Assembly (NCBI RefSeq): GCF_001652585.1
Contig: NZ_LWLG01000004.1
Location: 1 to 32,000, forward strand
Origin: Thermosulfurimonas dismutans
Lineage (GTDB): Bacteria > Desulfobacterota > Thermodesulfobacteria > Thermodesulfobacteriales > Thermodesulfobacteriaceae
Direction: 5' to 3'
DNA length: 32,000 bases
Shown: positions 1-7,077 of the stretch, in pieces
Layout: every line of letters begins with the position of its first letter
Numbering within the stretch: position 1 is the first letter of the stretch
Position numbers and translations under genes: made by a program
The notes under the pieces: model-generated
Database searches by the model: none
What the model saw: only the letters and a program-made list of their open reading frames with translations
What the model was told of the DNA's origin: nothing

Positions 1-243
1 TTGGTTTTTCTGGAATATCCGGAGCCTATTCGGAATTATATTTACACCACGAATCAGCTTGAAAGGCTGATTAAAGAGGTCAAGCGCAGAACCAAGGTGA
101 TAGAGGTTTTCTGTTAGCCTGGGGCACTTTACAAGGTAGTCTATCTGGTGCTTAGGGGTCTAGAGGAGAAATACCGTTCGCGAAAACTGAGAGGTTTTGA
201 GGATCTTATGGAGGAAGGCCTCTTGTTCTCCGGACACAGTTGA
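1..243 (+). pseudogene. 3' fragment of an IS256-family (Mutator-type) transposase gene with an in-frame TAG at 115-117. The 5' part lies outside the window.
   Basis: Frame +1 from base 1 reads LVFLEYPEPIRNYIYTTNQLERLIKEVKRRTKVIEVFC*PGALYKVVYLVLRGLEEKYRSRKLRGFEDLMEE..., ending at TGA 241-243. The block P-x-x-I-R-x-x-I-Y-T-T-N-x-x-E-R-L-x-K-E-x-K-R-R-T-K and the later ALxKxVYLxL segment match the conserved C-terminal region of IS256/Transposase_mut proteins. The TAG sits where an uninterrupted FP-x-E-x-AL stretch is expected. Confidence 0.6.
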
Positions 244-351
244 CGAAACACTATGGATTGAAAAAGAAGATGAAGAATTATAAGAAATAAATTCTTCGGT
301 GGAAGATGAATGATTCCTTCGAGGATGATTAATCTTTATTGAATGAAATTT

Positions 352-384
352 GAGGCCCCTCCATGAAAAACAAGGAGGAGCCTC
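352..384 (-). terminator. Putative stem-loop terminator at the distal end of the envelope operon
   Basis: On the minus transcript GAGGCTCCTCC-ttgtttttcat-GGAGGGGCCTC forms an 11-bp stem with one G-U pair, 13 nt after the stop at 397-399. The trailing AAATTTCATTC is only weakly U-rich and the loop is large, so confidence is moderate. Confidence 0.35.
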
Positions 385-396
385 TTCTGAAAAAGA

Positions 397-1311
397 TTAT
401 TTCAACACAAAAACCACTTTGGCTTCAGCCAGGAAATTGGCTCTCTGGTCATGCACATAAATGGCAGCAGCAGCATCGGATGAAATTTTAGCGTCGGTGG
501 ATTTGTAAACTCCAACCGCTTTAACTATCATAGGGTTTTTAGCTCCCCAGCTAGTCAAAAGAGCTTTGGCTTTGGAAAGATCGGTAGTGAAACCTCCGCA
601 TCCACGCTCCACTAAAATGTTACTGACTATCTTAGATGGATCAAAAACCACCTCATTTTTGTCAGTAATAATCCTATTCACAAGAGCAGGCTTAAAAGCA
701 TATTCCCTTACATCCACAATAAGACCATCATGAACTTCCTTAAGTTCCGAAGGAGCGGCCACCTCAGGCTTCTCCTCCTTCTCTATTTTAGACTCCGGAA
801 CTTCGGGCACTTTCGGTGAGATTTCTTTAGGAATGAGGCGAGGTTTATATTCTGGTAATGAAGGAGGTGTTAACCCTTCCTCTTTTAAAAGCGGCAAAAT
901 AATATCATACATTCCGCCACGGCCACGAATATAAAGACGCATACACACTTCAGCGTATCCGCGGTCAGGATAGTATTTCTCACCACATTTCACTGCCCCC
1001 CGCAAGAATCCTTCCACTCGAGTACGAATTACATCCGAAGCCAGCATACCATCCCTAACCGTGGTCTCACCGTAAAGATGAAGCCCCTGAAGGATTTCCA
1101 ATAATTCCCTTTGGGCCACCACCTCAGCGGCTCTGATGGCCCGATAACGACTCTGGCCCTCCTCCGATATCCCTACTACTTGGATATACCCCTCCTGAAA
1201 GATCTTGACAGGATCCTTAATAGTTTGCCATCCCTGAGCCCAAACCAAAGTAGAAATAAGTAAAATTGAAATTGCTAATAATCCTATTCCACATTTTCTC
1301 TTCTCTCTCAT
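397..1311 (-). CDS. Exported LPP20/FlgP-like domain protein with an uncharacterised C-terminal domain
   Basis: 304-aa ORF. AGGAGGT lies 5 nt upstream of the ATG. Signal peptide MREKRKCGIGLLAISILLISTLVWA/QG. The segment YIQVVGISEEGQSRYRAIRAAEVVAQRELLEILQGLHLYGETTVRDG fits the LPP20-family pattern (G-x-G ... A-x-R-A-A ... A-x-R-x-L-x-E ... G). The C-terminal half (HDGLIVDVREYAFKPALVNRII...) was not recognised. Confidence 0.7.
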   Translation of the reverse strand: MREKRKCGIGLLAISILLISTLVWAQGWQTIKDPVKIFQEGYIQVVGISEEGQSRYRAIRAAEVVAQRELLEILQGLHLYGETTVRDGMLASDVIRTRVEGFLRGAVKCGEKYYPDRGYAEVCMRLYIRGRGGMYDIILPLLKEEGLTPPSLPEYKPRLIPKEISPKVPEVPESKIEKEEKPEVAAPSELKEVHDGLIVDVREYAFKPALVNRIITDKNEVVFDPSKIVSNILVERGCGGFTTDLSKAKALLTSWGAKNPMIVKAVGVYKSTDAKISSDAAAAIYVHDQRANFLAEAKVVFVLK

Positions 1312-1334
1312 CTAAAACCTCCTTAGTTAGTGAT

Positions 1335-2555
1335 TTAATAAACATTCATCACATTGCGTAAGCGTAGTATAGCTAATAATAACTCCGCGCCGTCTACATA
1401 ATCGTTAGGACGAAAAGCACCTGAGAGATTAGTCTCCATAAGCCCTCGAGTAACCACATTCATTACAGCATTAAACCAGGGAGCAGTAGGGGAAACATCC
1501 GGATAGGGAGAGGTGTCCTGCCCAAAATATTTAGTAGCTAAGCTTTTATCCCCGGTGATTTTTATAAGTAAGTCTTCCAGAATAAAAGCCAGCTCTTTCC
1601 TGGTGAGGGGCTCATCTGGTTTGAAGAGATAGGCTTTCGTAGTTTCGTCATAAACCGGCTCAAGTCCTCTAACCCGCCATTTAATTACCGTAAGAATTTC
1701 TTCTTTAAACATGTGATTCATTACATCCGCAGGAACAAAATCAGGTTTGGGTTCGCTCCCTGGAATGGGAATTCGTCCGGAAAAGAATTTATCCAGGTGT
1801 AATTCATCCACTAACAAAGCCGCTACATCTCCCCGGCCGACCTGGTCCTTTACAGCTATCTTTTTGGCCACATTTGTAAGGGTATATTGTGCTGAAGCCC
1901 TCACAATTTTTTGAACTTTACGATAGAGAATGTCCGCTTTATCATGCCATTTTCCAGGAGAAGATGAAAGAACCAGAGAAAAACTTTGCTCTGCTTTACG
2001 AAATTCATAGGCTTTTAAATAAGCTACTCCCATAAAATAGTGAACTGCCGATCGAGTCTGATAGTAAATGAGATCCTTTTCTACAACTTTATCTTCATCA
2101 AGAGCCTTATGATAGTATTTCTCCGCTTCCTTAAGCCATCCCTTGGGCCTAGAATGAGTATAAACCCGGATACCAGTAACATATATGGAAAATTTGTCCG
2201 AGGGATCCTCCGCCTTCTTTAAAGCCTTCTTAAAGAACTGGAGAGCCCTTTCCACTTCGACTCTTTTATGATCCAGATCCTTCTCTTTTTCGGCCCGCAT
2301 GGCTGCTACCAAGGCCTTACCGGCATAAGCCCGCGCATATCCCGGATCTAGGGCCAGTGCACGCTCAAACTTAGCTTCCGCCGCCGAAAGATCTCCCTTC
2401 TCCAAAAGTTTCATACCCTGTAAATAATGATGGGGAGGAGTATCCTCTAGAGACACCGAGGGCTGAGATTTAGGAGCACAGCCATAAACCCATATTATCA
2501 AGGCAAACAAAAGAATACTACGAAAAACTCCTCTTTTTATGCTCTTTTCTCTCAT
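1335..2555 (-). CDS. Lipoprotein with TPR repeats and two C-terminal SLH-like domains
   Basis: 406-aa ORF. GGAGGT lies 5 nt upstream of the ATG. Lipobox-like LIIWVYGC/A. TPR-like helices (GDLSAAEAKFERALALDPGYARAYAGKA...). Two SLH-like segments: FVPADVMNHMFKEEILTVIKWRVRGLEP...LFKPDEPLTRKELAFIL and YPDVSPTAPWFNAVMNVVTRGLMETNLSGAFRPNDYVDGAELLLAIL. Confidence 0.7.
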   Translation of the reverse strand: MREKSIKRGVFRSILLFALIIWVYGCAPKSQPSVSLEDTPPHHYLQGMKLLEKGDLSAAEAKFERALALDPGYARAYAGKALVAAMRAEKEKDLDHKRVEVERALQFFKKALKKAEDPSDKFSIYVTGIRVYTHSRPKGWLKEAEKYYHKALDEDKVVEKDLIYYQTRSAVHYFMGVAYLKAYEFRKAEQSFSLVLSSSPGKWHDKADILYRKVQKIVRASAQYTLTNVAKKIAVKDQVGRGDVAALLVDELHLDKFFSGRIPIPGSEPKPDFVPADVMNHMFKEEILTVIKWRVRGLEPVYDETTKAYLFKPDEPLTRKELAFILEDLLIKITGDKSLATKYFGQDTSPYPDVSPTAPWFNAVMNVVTRGLMETNLSGAFRPNDYVDGAELLLAILRLRNVMNVY

Positions 2556-2567
2556 TTAAAACCTCCA

Positions 2568-3617
2568 TTATTTTATAAATTTCTGGAAGATAACTTTCAG
2601 CTGTTCCTTAGTCCTTTCCTGTTCGGCCAATCTACGGGCCCGTTCAGCAGTGGTTTGCACCAAAAATCCCACCTTTACTTTCTTTGCTAATATTGGATCA
2701 TCTATAACAATAATAGCTTCATCAGGATGCAGTCCGGTCTCTGTTACCGTGGCCTTACCAAGGTCAATGTAACGAAGCTTTTCTTTACCACTTATAGGAT
2801 CTCTCTCACGTCTAAGTTCCATTATGATTACCTTATCACCAGGTTTAAGACCATCATTGGTACCAAGATTAATGTAAGCAATCTTAGTAAGCTTTTCGTT
2901 GGAATAGTTACTCATGATTTTACTAATATATCCATAGATAGGAATAGCTTCCTGAATTTTTACCGGTACCCAGCGAGCAAGAGTATTTTCCAAAGCCTCC
3001 TGAACCAGACCACAAGTAATAATGCAAGATTGTGTAATAGATTTTACATTTGCAGCCTTATCTGCCACATTAAAACTAGTTACTGTGCGTCCGGAGGAAA
3101 GATCAATAATACGAAGAGAAACGGAAGTTTCTACTTCTTCCGTACAGGTCTTCAATTCAATATCTTTATCTATTTTGGGAGTAACTCTATTAATAGAACC
3201 AACAATCACATAATCAATATCTTTGCCCAAAGCAAAATATTTTCCCTCTATAACCTCCCAGTCTACTCCGTGACTCTCCTGATATCCGAGCTCAGCAGCT
3301 ATCTTTTTCGCCTGGGCCCTTTCCACAACCTCATAGCGCCCCATCTTAGCCACCACATTATGAAGAACATCCGTAGCCATGGGACCAAGACTACATTTTG
3401 TCATGTCCGTAAGTCTGGAATGATCGGCAATATTCAAAATAGCAATACGTGGAATCTTCTTTTCTATGATGTAACGGGGAGGCATAACTGAAGCCATTTG
3501 ATTATCTTCAGCACGCTGTTCATACATAGTTAGATTTATATTAGGGGTAGAAGTCATCGTAGTACATGCTGGAACTATTATCAGCATAAAAATCAGAATC
3601 TTTAAAATTATCCTCAT
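2568..3617 (-). CDS. CsgG-family-like (FlgO/LpoB-fold-like) lipoprotein with a C-terminal SH3-like barrel segment
   Basis: 349-aa ORF. AGGAGGT lies 6 nt upstream. Lipobox LIIVPAC/T. PRIAILNIADHS...LHNVVAKMGRYEVVERAQAKKIAAELGYQESHG resembles the CsgG-family core (v-a-V-x-x-F-x-n ... L-x-x-x-L-x-x-x-g-r-F-x-V-v-E-R-x-x-l-x-x-i-x-x-E). The C-terminal part is GYISKI...AYINLGTNDGLKPGDKVIIME...LGKATVTE. Confidence 0.65.
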   Translation of the reverse strand: MRIILKILIFMLIIVPACTTMTSTPNINLTMYEQRAEDNQMASVMPPRYIIEKKIPRIAILNIADHSRLTDMTKCSLGPMATDVLHNVVAKMGRYEVVERAQAKKIAAELGYQESHGVDWEVIEGKYFALGKDIDYVIVGSINRVTPKIDKDIELKTCTEEVETSVSLRIIDLSSGRTVTSFNVADKAANVKSITQSCIITCGLVQEALENTLARWVPVKIQEAIPIYGYISKIMSNYSNEKLTKIAYINLGTNDGLKPGDKVIIMELRRERDPISGKEKLRYIDLGKATVTETGLHPDEAIIVIDDPILAKKVKVGFLVQTTAERARRLAEQERTKEQLKVIFQKFIK

Positions 3618-3641
3618 ATTCTCACCTCCTTTTTACTTATA

Positions 3642-4775
3642 CTATTCACCAGAATAAACAATCCGTGCCCCTTTCATTTCTACCTGAGAGAGAAAAACAC
3701 CAATATCTCTCAAAGCTCTACGAAAAGCGAGGTTTGCCGAAGTAGGATCTTGGTCACTAAAAACTTCTACTTCCATATAGGTTCCATATTGACGAGCTAC
3801 TCTAAAATCCCAGCCGAGCTGTTGAAAAAGTCCAAAAAGCTGATCCTGAATATCCTGAGATACATCCCGAAAGATAAAGACCACAAACTTCTCTCTCTTG
3901 GTGCTAAAACGATTGACTATTTTGGCCACCAGTTGATCGGCGCACCTGGCAGCAATCTTTTCCACAGCTCGAGCAGCTCCCTCTTCTATTCCGTAATCTC
4001 CCCCTCGAGAAATGGTTTTGGAACGCTTGATTACATTAGCGAAAAGTTCTCCTGTAGTAACATCAAAGGCCTTAAGACTGAGAGTAGCATATATAATCCA
4101 AAAACCATCCGAAGTGGGCCTTTTTCCTGCCTGAATATCTACCAGAACCACCGCATCTCCATCTTCCTGTCTGGCAATTTGAATAGCTGTTTCCTCATCA
4201 ATAGCCAACTCCGAACTCCGGGTCTTGATGCGAGCAATTTGATCCGGGAGGAAAACCCTAAAACCATAACCTGCAAGCTTGTCTTCAATTCTGTTTATTA
4301 CTTCCTGGACGGCCATACTTTCATAGGGAAGAGAGGTCCTAGTCCGCTTGGCATATAGGACTACTACCCGCCTCTGATCAAAGGTCGCCTTCTGGAAGGC
4401 CTTTTGGAACCTCGGATCCTGACGAAACTGAGCTATTAAATTTTTAAGCTTATAATCATCAACTTCCACTCTTACTTTTACCTTGTATACCTGATCAATA
4501 GGATCCTGACCTTCAGCCAGTACATCATAGTGACGTATATAACCCGCACTGGCTGAGATAATACGATCATAATCCAGACGCCCTTCAACCACCCGGGTAT
4601 TGGACTGAATGTACGCTCCCATGGCCTGCTCCACGGCCGCCCTTAAGGCATTATTTATAGCGGCCTGCCGGGTAGGCCCTGATCCCGTAGCCGTAATCGT
4701 AACCGCCTGAGCCCAAAAAACCGAACACAAAACTAAACATAACCCCAACCAAATTATTTTCCCTGTGCTCTTCAT
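3642..4775 (-). CDS. Exported FlgT-like multi-domain protein (LPP20/FlgT-N-like module plus alpha/beta domains)
   Basis: 377-aa ORF. GGGGGT lies 4 nt upstream. Signal peptide ...LVLCSVFWAQA/VT. ATGSGPTRQAAINNALRAAVEQAMGAYIQSNTRVVEGRLDYDRIISASAGYIRHYDVL...YKVKVRVEV matches the FlgT-N/LPP20-type pattern. It is followed by RRVVVLYAKR...GDAVVLVDIQ..., an alpha/beta segment reminiscent of TolB-N/CsgG-like folds. Confidence 0.6.
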   Translation of the reverse strand: MKSTGKIIWLGLCLVLCSVFWAQAVTITATGSGPTRQAAINNALRAAVEQAMGAYIQSNTRVVEGRLDYDRIISASAGYIRHYDVLAEGQDPIDQVYKVKVRVEVDDYKLKNLIAQFRQDPRFQKAFQKATFDQRRVVVLYAKRTRTSLPYESMAVQEVINRIEDKLAGYGFRVFLPDQIARIKTRSSELAIDEETAIQIARQEDGDAVVLVDIQAGKRPTSDGFWIIYATLSLKAFDVTTGELFANVIKRSKTISRGGDYGIEEGAARAVEKIAARCADQLVAKIVNRFSTKREKFVVFIFRDVSQDIQDQLFGLFQQLGWDFRVARQYGTYMEVEVFSDQDPTSANLAFRRALRDIGVFLSQVEMKGARIVYSGE

Positions 4776-4809
4776 ACTTACCCCCTTTATTTTGTATTTA
4801 AAAATTTCC

Positions 4810-7077
4810 TTATTTTGTATTACCGTTAATTATCTTTGTTTTTCGGTTTTCTACTAGAGCTTTCATGGCTTCAAGGGTAGGATTATTAGGTTGAAGTTTT
4901 AGAGCTCGCTCTATAAGCTTTTTGGCCTCCTCCACCCTATCTTTAAAAAGATAATATCGAACTGCTAACTGATAAATTTTTACCTCATAAGGAAATTCTT
5001 CTAAAGCTCTATCTATTATCCGAGCCAGTTTTTCATCCTCTTCTAATAAGGTATACACATAAACTAGCCAGTAATAAATTTCTTCATTGTGGAGTATTTT
5101 ATAAGCCTTTTCCAGTTTCTCGCACGCCTTGCCATAGTTGCCTTCCTGTAAAAACTTTTTACCCTCGGCTAGAAGCTCTTCGCCCTTTTTTTGAAAGGCC
5201 TTTAGATCAAATTTTACCTCCTGGCCCTCAGGATAAGGAAAATTAAGATATGAAACTACCGTAATCGGCCCTTTAATTTTGAAATTCAGGGGATCTTTGC
5301 CCAAGAAACAAGCTTTCAATATTAAAGAAACTTTGCTTTCTATATTTAATTCATTTTCTAAAAAATTGACTTTTTCAAGCTTAACTTCGCCCTTTATTAC
5401 CTTAAGGGCGACCTTATTTTCTCTGAGCGTGACTCTCGAAGCAGAAAACGAACCATCTTCTACCCGTATACCTTCCTTAAAGGCGCTTATCTTGCCCCCT
5501 TCAACCAAAACCGTGGAAATACCTTTTACTACTAAACCCTCTTCACCCTTGTAAAAAAAGCTCTCTTTGAAAGAAGCTTCCCCCTCCACCAGTACTGCCC
5601 TTTTGGCGTTCAAAATTTTTATTTTTTCCCCGTTAAGTTTTCCTCCAGATTTAACTTCTAAGCCCTGCCACCATCCTTTCTTAGCTTCAAATATAGCTTC
5701 TTTTGCCAGGAGTTCTCCCTCTATTACCAGCTTCCCTTCAGGATTAAAAGCCAGACGGACTCCCGGATCTATTACCGTTTTGCTTCCGGCAGGCACCTTA
5801 ATAAGACCCTCAACGGTATATGTTCCGCGGCCCAGTTTGGCAGGCAGATCTCCCGAAAGAGAAACTCCGGTTACCGGGATATTTACAGGACCTATCTGAA
5901 CAAAGGACGAGCGATTGCCAGCCTTATCTAAAGCTGCTACCCGATAAAAATACCTTTCCCCGGCCTTTACCTCCTTATCTAGGAAATTGAGATCTCCTAT
6001 ACGGGCAATTTCTTGATAGCCAGAAAGTGGCTCGCAGCTTCTCAAAACCACAAAACCCGTAGTAGTCCCGTCTACACATTTCCAGGAAAGCCGAACAGCT
6101 TTACCTTCAACTCTGGCTTCCAAATCCTTGGGCGGAGCTGGAGGTATGCCATCTATATTGATAGGAGGAACAAATTCCAGCCATTCCTGGCTTTCCCCTT
6201 GCTGATTTTTTAAACGCACCAGAAGATATTGATTCTGCGTTTCGTCTCCTTTTTGAACCACATAAAAGCCTTCATACACCCCGGGACGCTCCATTTCTAC
6301 CATTTTAATACCCTGTTTAAAGGTCCCTATATCAAAGGTGGCCTCAAGTCCCGGATCCCCCTCCAGAGCCACCACTATGCGATCACCTATTTTAAAAGTT
6401 CGATCTGACACATTGGTAATTACACGTAAAATCTTGGGCTTGCGTGTGGCGGCAGAAAAACCGGGAACTAAACTGGATACTTGATAAGCCCAATCAAAAA
6501 TAAGACTCTTCAGCCTGACCTGGCTGGAACTACTTAAAACATTACCTAATACTTTTGCAGCGAGCCCTATAGGATCAGTAGCAATATCTATCTTGCGACG
6601 ACTAACATCTTCTCGCCAACAGGCAAGTTTTTGCCCTTTTTTATCAAACAAACACAATTCAGCATCTATTTTAAAATGCTTCAGGAGAATAACATTTACC
6701 CCAGAAAACTGATATACAGTAATAGTAAAAAAACCATCTATGTCCTTAAGTTGTTTAGCTATCTCCTTGGGATTAAAAGTTTTAAGGGCAAGGCTTACAA
6801 CCTTTTCCGGGAGTGAACTGGCATAACGAATAATATATCCTTTGCCAGCCATATAATTTTGAACTACTCCTCGCAACATTTTTTTAAAATTTTGATCTAT
6901 TTTTGCTTCTCCTGTTACAAAAGGAGGTAAAATCACTACGCGACGCGGAAGCTTTTTCTCAGGAATATAGATGACTTTAGAAGACGATTTTTTGTCTTTA
7001 GATGCCTGAGAAGCTAGAACATTTCCGGTCAGAAAAACAAAAGTAATTAAAAAAAGGTAAACAAGCTTTCTCACCAT
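4810..7077 (-). CDS. Large exported multi-domain protein: DUF799(GNA1162)-like N-domain, barrel domain, fibronectin type III, parallel beta-helix-like repeats, C-terminal TPR
   Basis: I place the start at the internal ATG 7075-7077 (MVRKLVYLFLITFVFLTGNVLAS/QA, a clean signal peptide). This overlaps the upstream stop as TTATGGTGA. The tracked ORF runs to 7161, but that extension lies inside the SpoIID-like gene. RRVVILPPFVTGE...GKGYII...FFTITVYQFSG...LFDKKGQKLACW resembles DUF799. PPAPPKDLEARVEGKAVRLSWKCVDGTTTGFVVLRS...YFYRVAALDKAGNRS is FN3. Repeated G-x-L/V-x-V/I-E-G segments suggest a beta-helix. The C-terminus is TPR (EGNYGKACEKLEKAYKI...ALKLQPNNP). Confidence 0.65.
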   Translation of the reverse strand: MVRKLVYLFLITFVFLTGNVLASQASKDKKSSSKVIYIPEKKLPRRVVILPPFVTGEAKIDQNFKKMLRGVVQNYMAGKGYIIRYASSLPEKVVSLALKTFNPKEIAKQLKDIDGFFTITVYQFSGVNVILLKHFKIDAELCLFDKKGQKLACWREDVSRRKIDIATDPIGLAAKVLGNVLSSSSQVRLKSLIFDWAYQVSSLVPGFSAATRKPKILRVITNVSDRTFKIGDRIVVALEGDPGLEATFDIGTFKQGIKMVEMERPGVYEGFYVVQKGDETQNQYLLVRLKNQQGESQEWLEFVPPINIDGIPPAPPKDLEARVEGKAVRLSWKCVDGTTTGFVVLRSCEPLSGYQEIARIGDLNFLDKEVKAGERYFYRVAALDKAGNRSSFVQIGPVNIPVTGVSLSGDLPAKLGRGTYTVEGLIKVPAGSKTVIDPGVRLAFNPEGKLVIEGELLAKEAIFEAKKGWWQGLEVKSGGKLNGEKIKILNAKRAVLVEGEASFKESFFYKGEEGLVVKGISTVLVEGGKISAFKEGIRVEDGSFSASRVTLRENKVALKVIKGEVKLEKVNFLENELNIESKVSLILKACFLGKDPLNFKIKGPITVVSYLNFPYPEGQEVKFDLKAFQKKGEELLAEGKKFLQEGNYGKACEKLEKAYKILHNEEIYYWLVYVYTLLEEDEKLARIIDRALEEFPYEVKIYQLAVRYYLFKDRVEEAKKLIERALKLQPNNPTLEAMKALVENRKTKIINGNTK

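Noticed and set aside
2727-3491. 254-aa plus-strand ORF, with a nested 63-aa ORF at 3022-3213, antisense to the CsgG-like gene
   Set aside because: It lies entirely inside a minus-strand gene that has a strong RBS, a lipobox and family motifs. Its translation is low-complexity (F/N/I/S/L-rich) with no motifs and no RBS. This is a typical shadow ORF in AT-rich DNA.
3750-4358. 202-aa plus-strand ORF antisense to the FlgT-like gene. Similar shadow ORFs lie at 5279-5899, 6013-6213, 6631-6816, 7891-8190 and 8881-10825.
   Set aside because: All are embedded antisense in well-supported minus-strand genes of a tightly coupled operon. They are S/L/F/P-rich and lack ribosome-binding sites.
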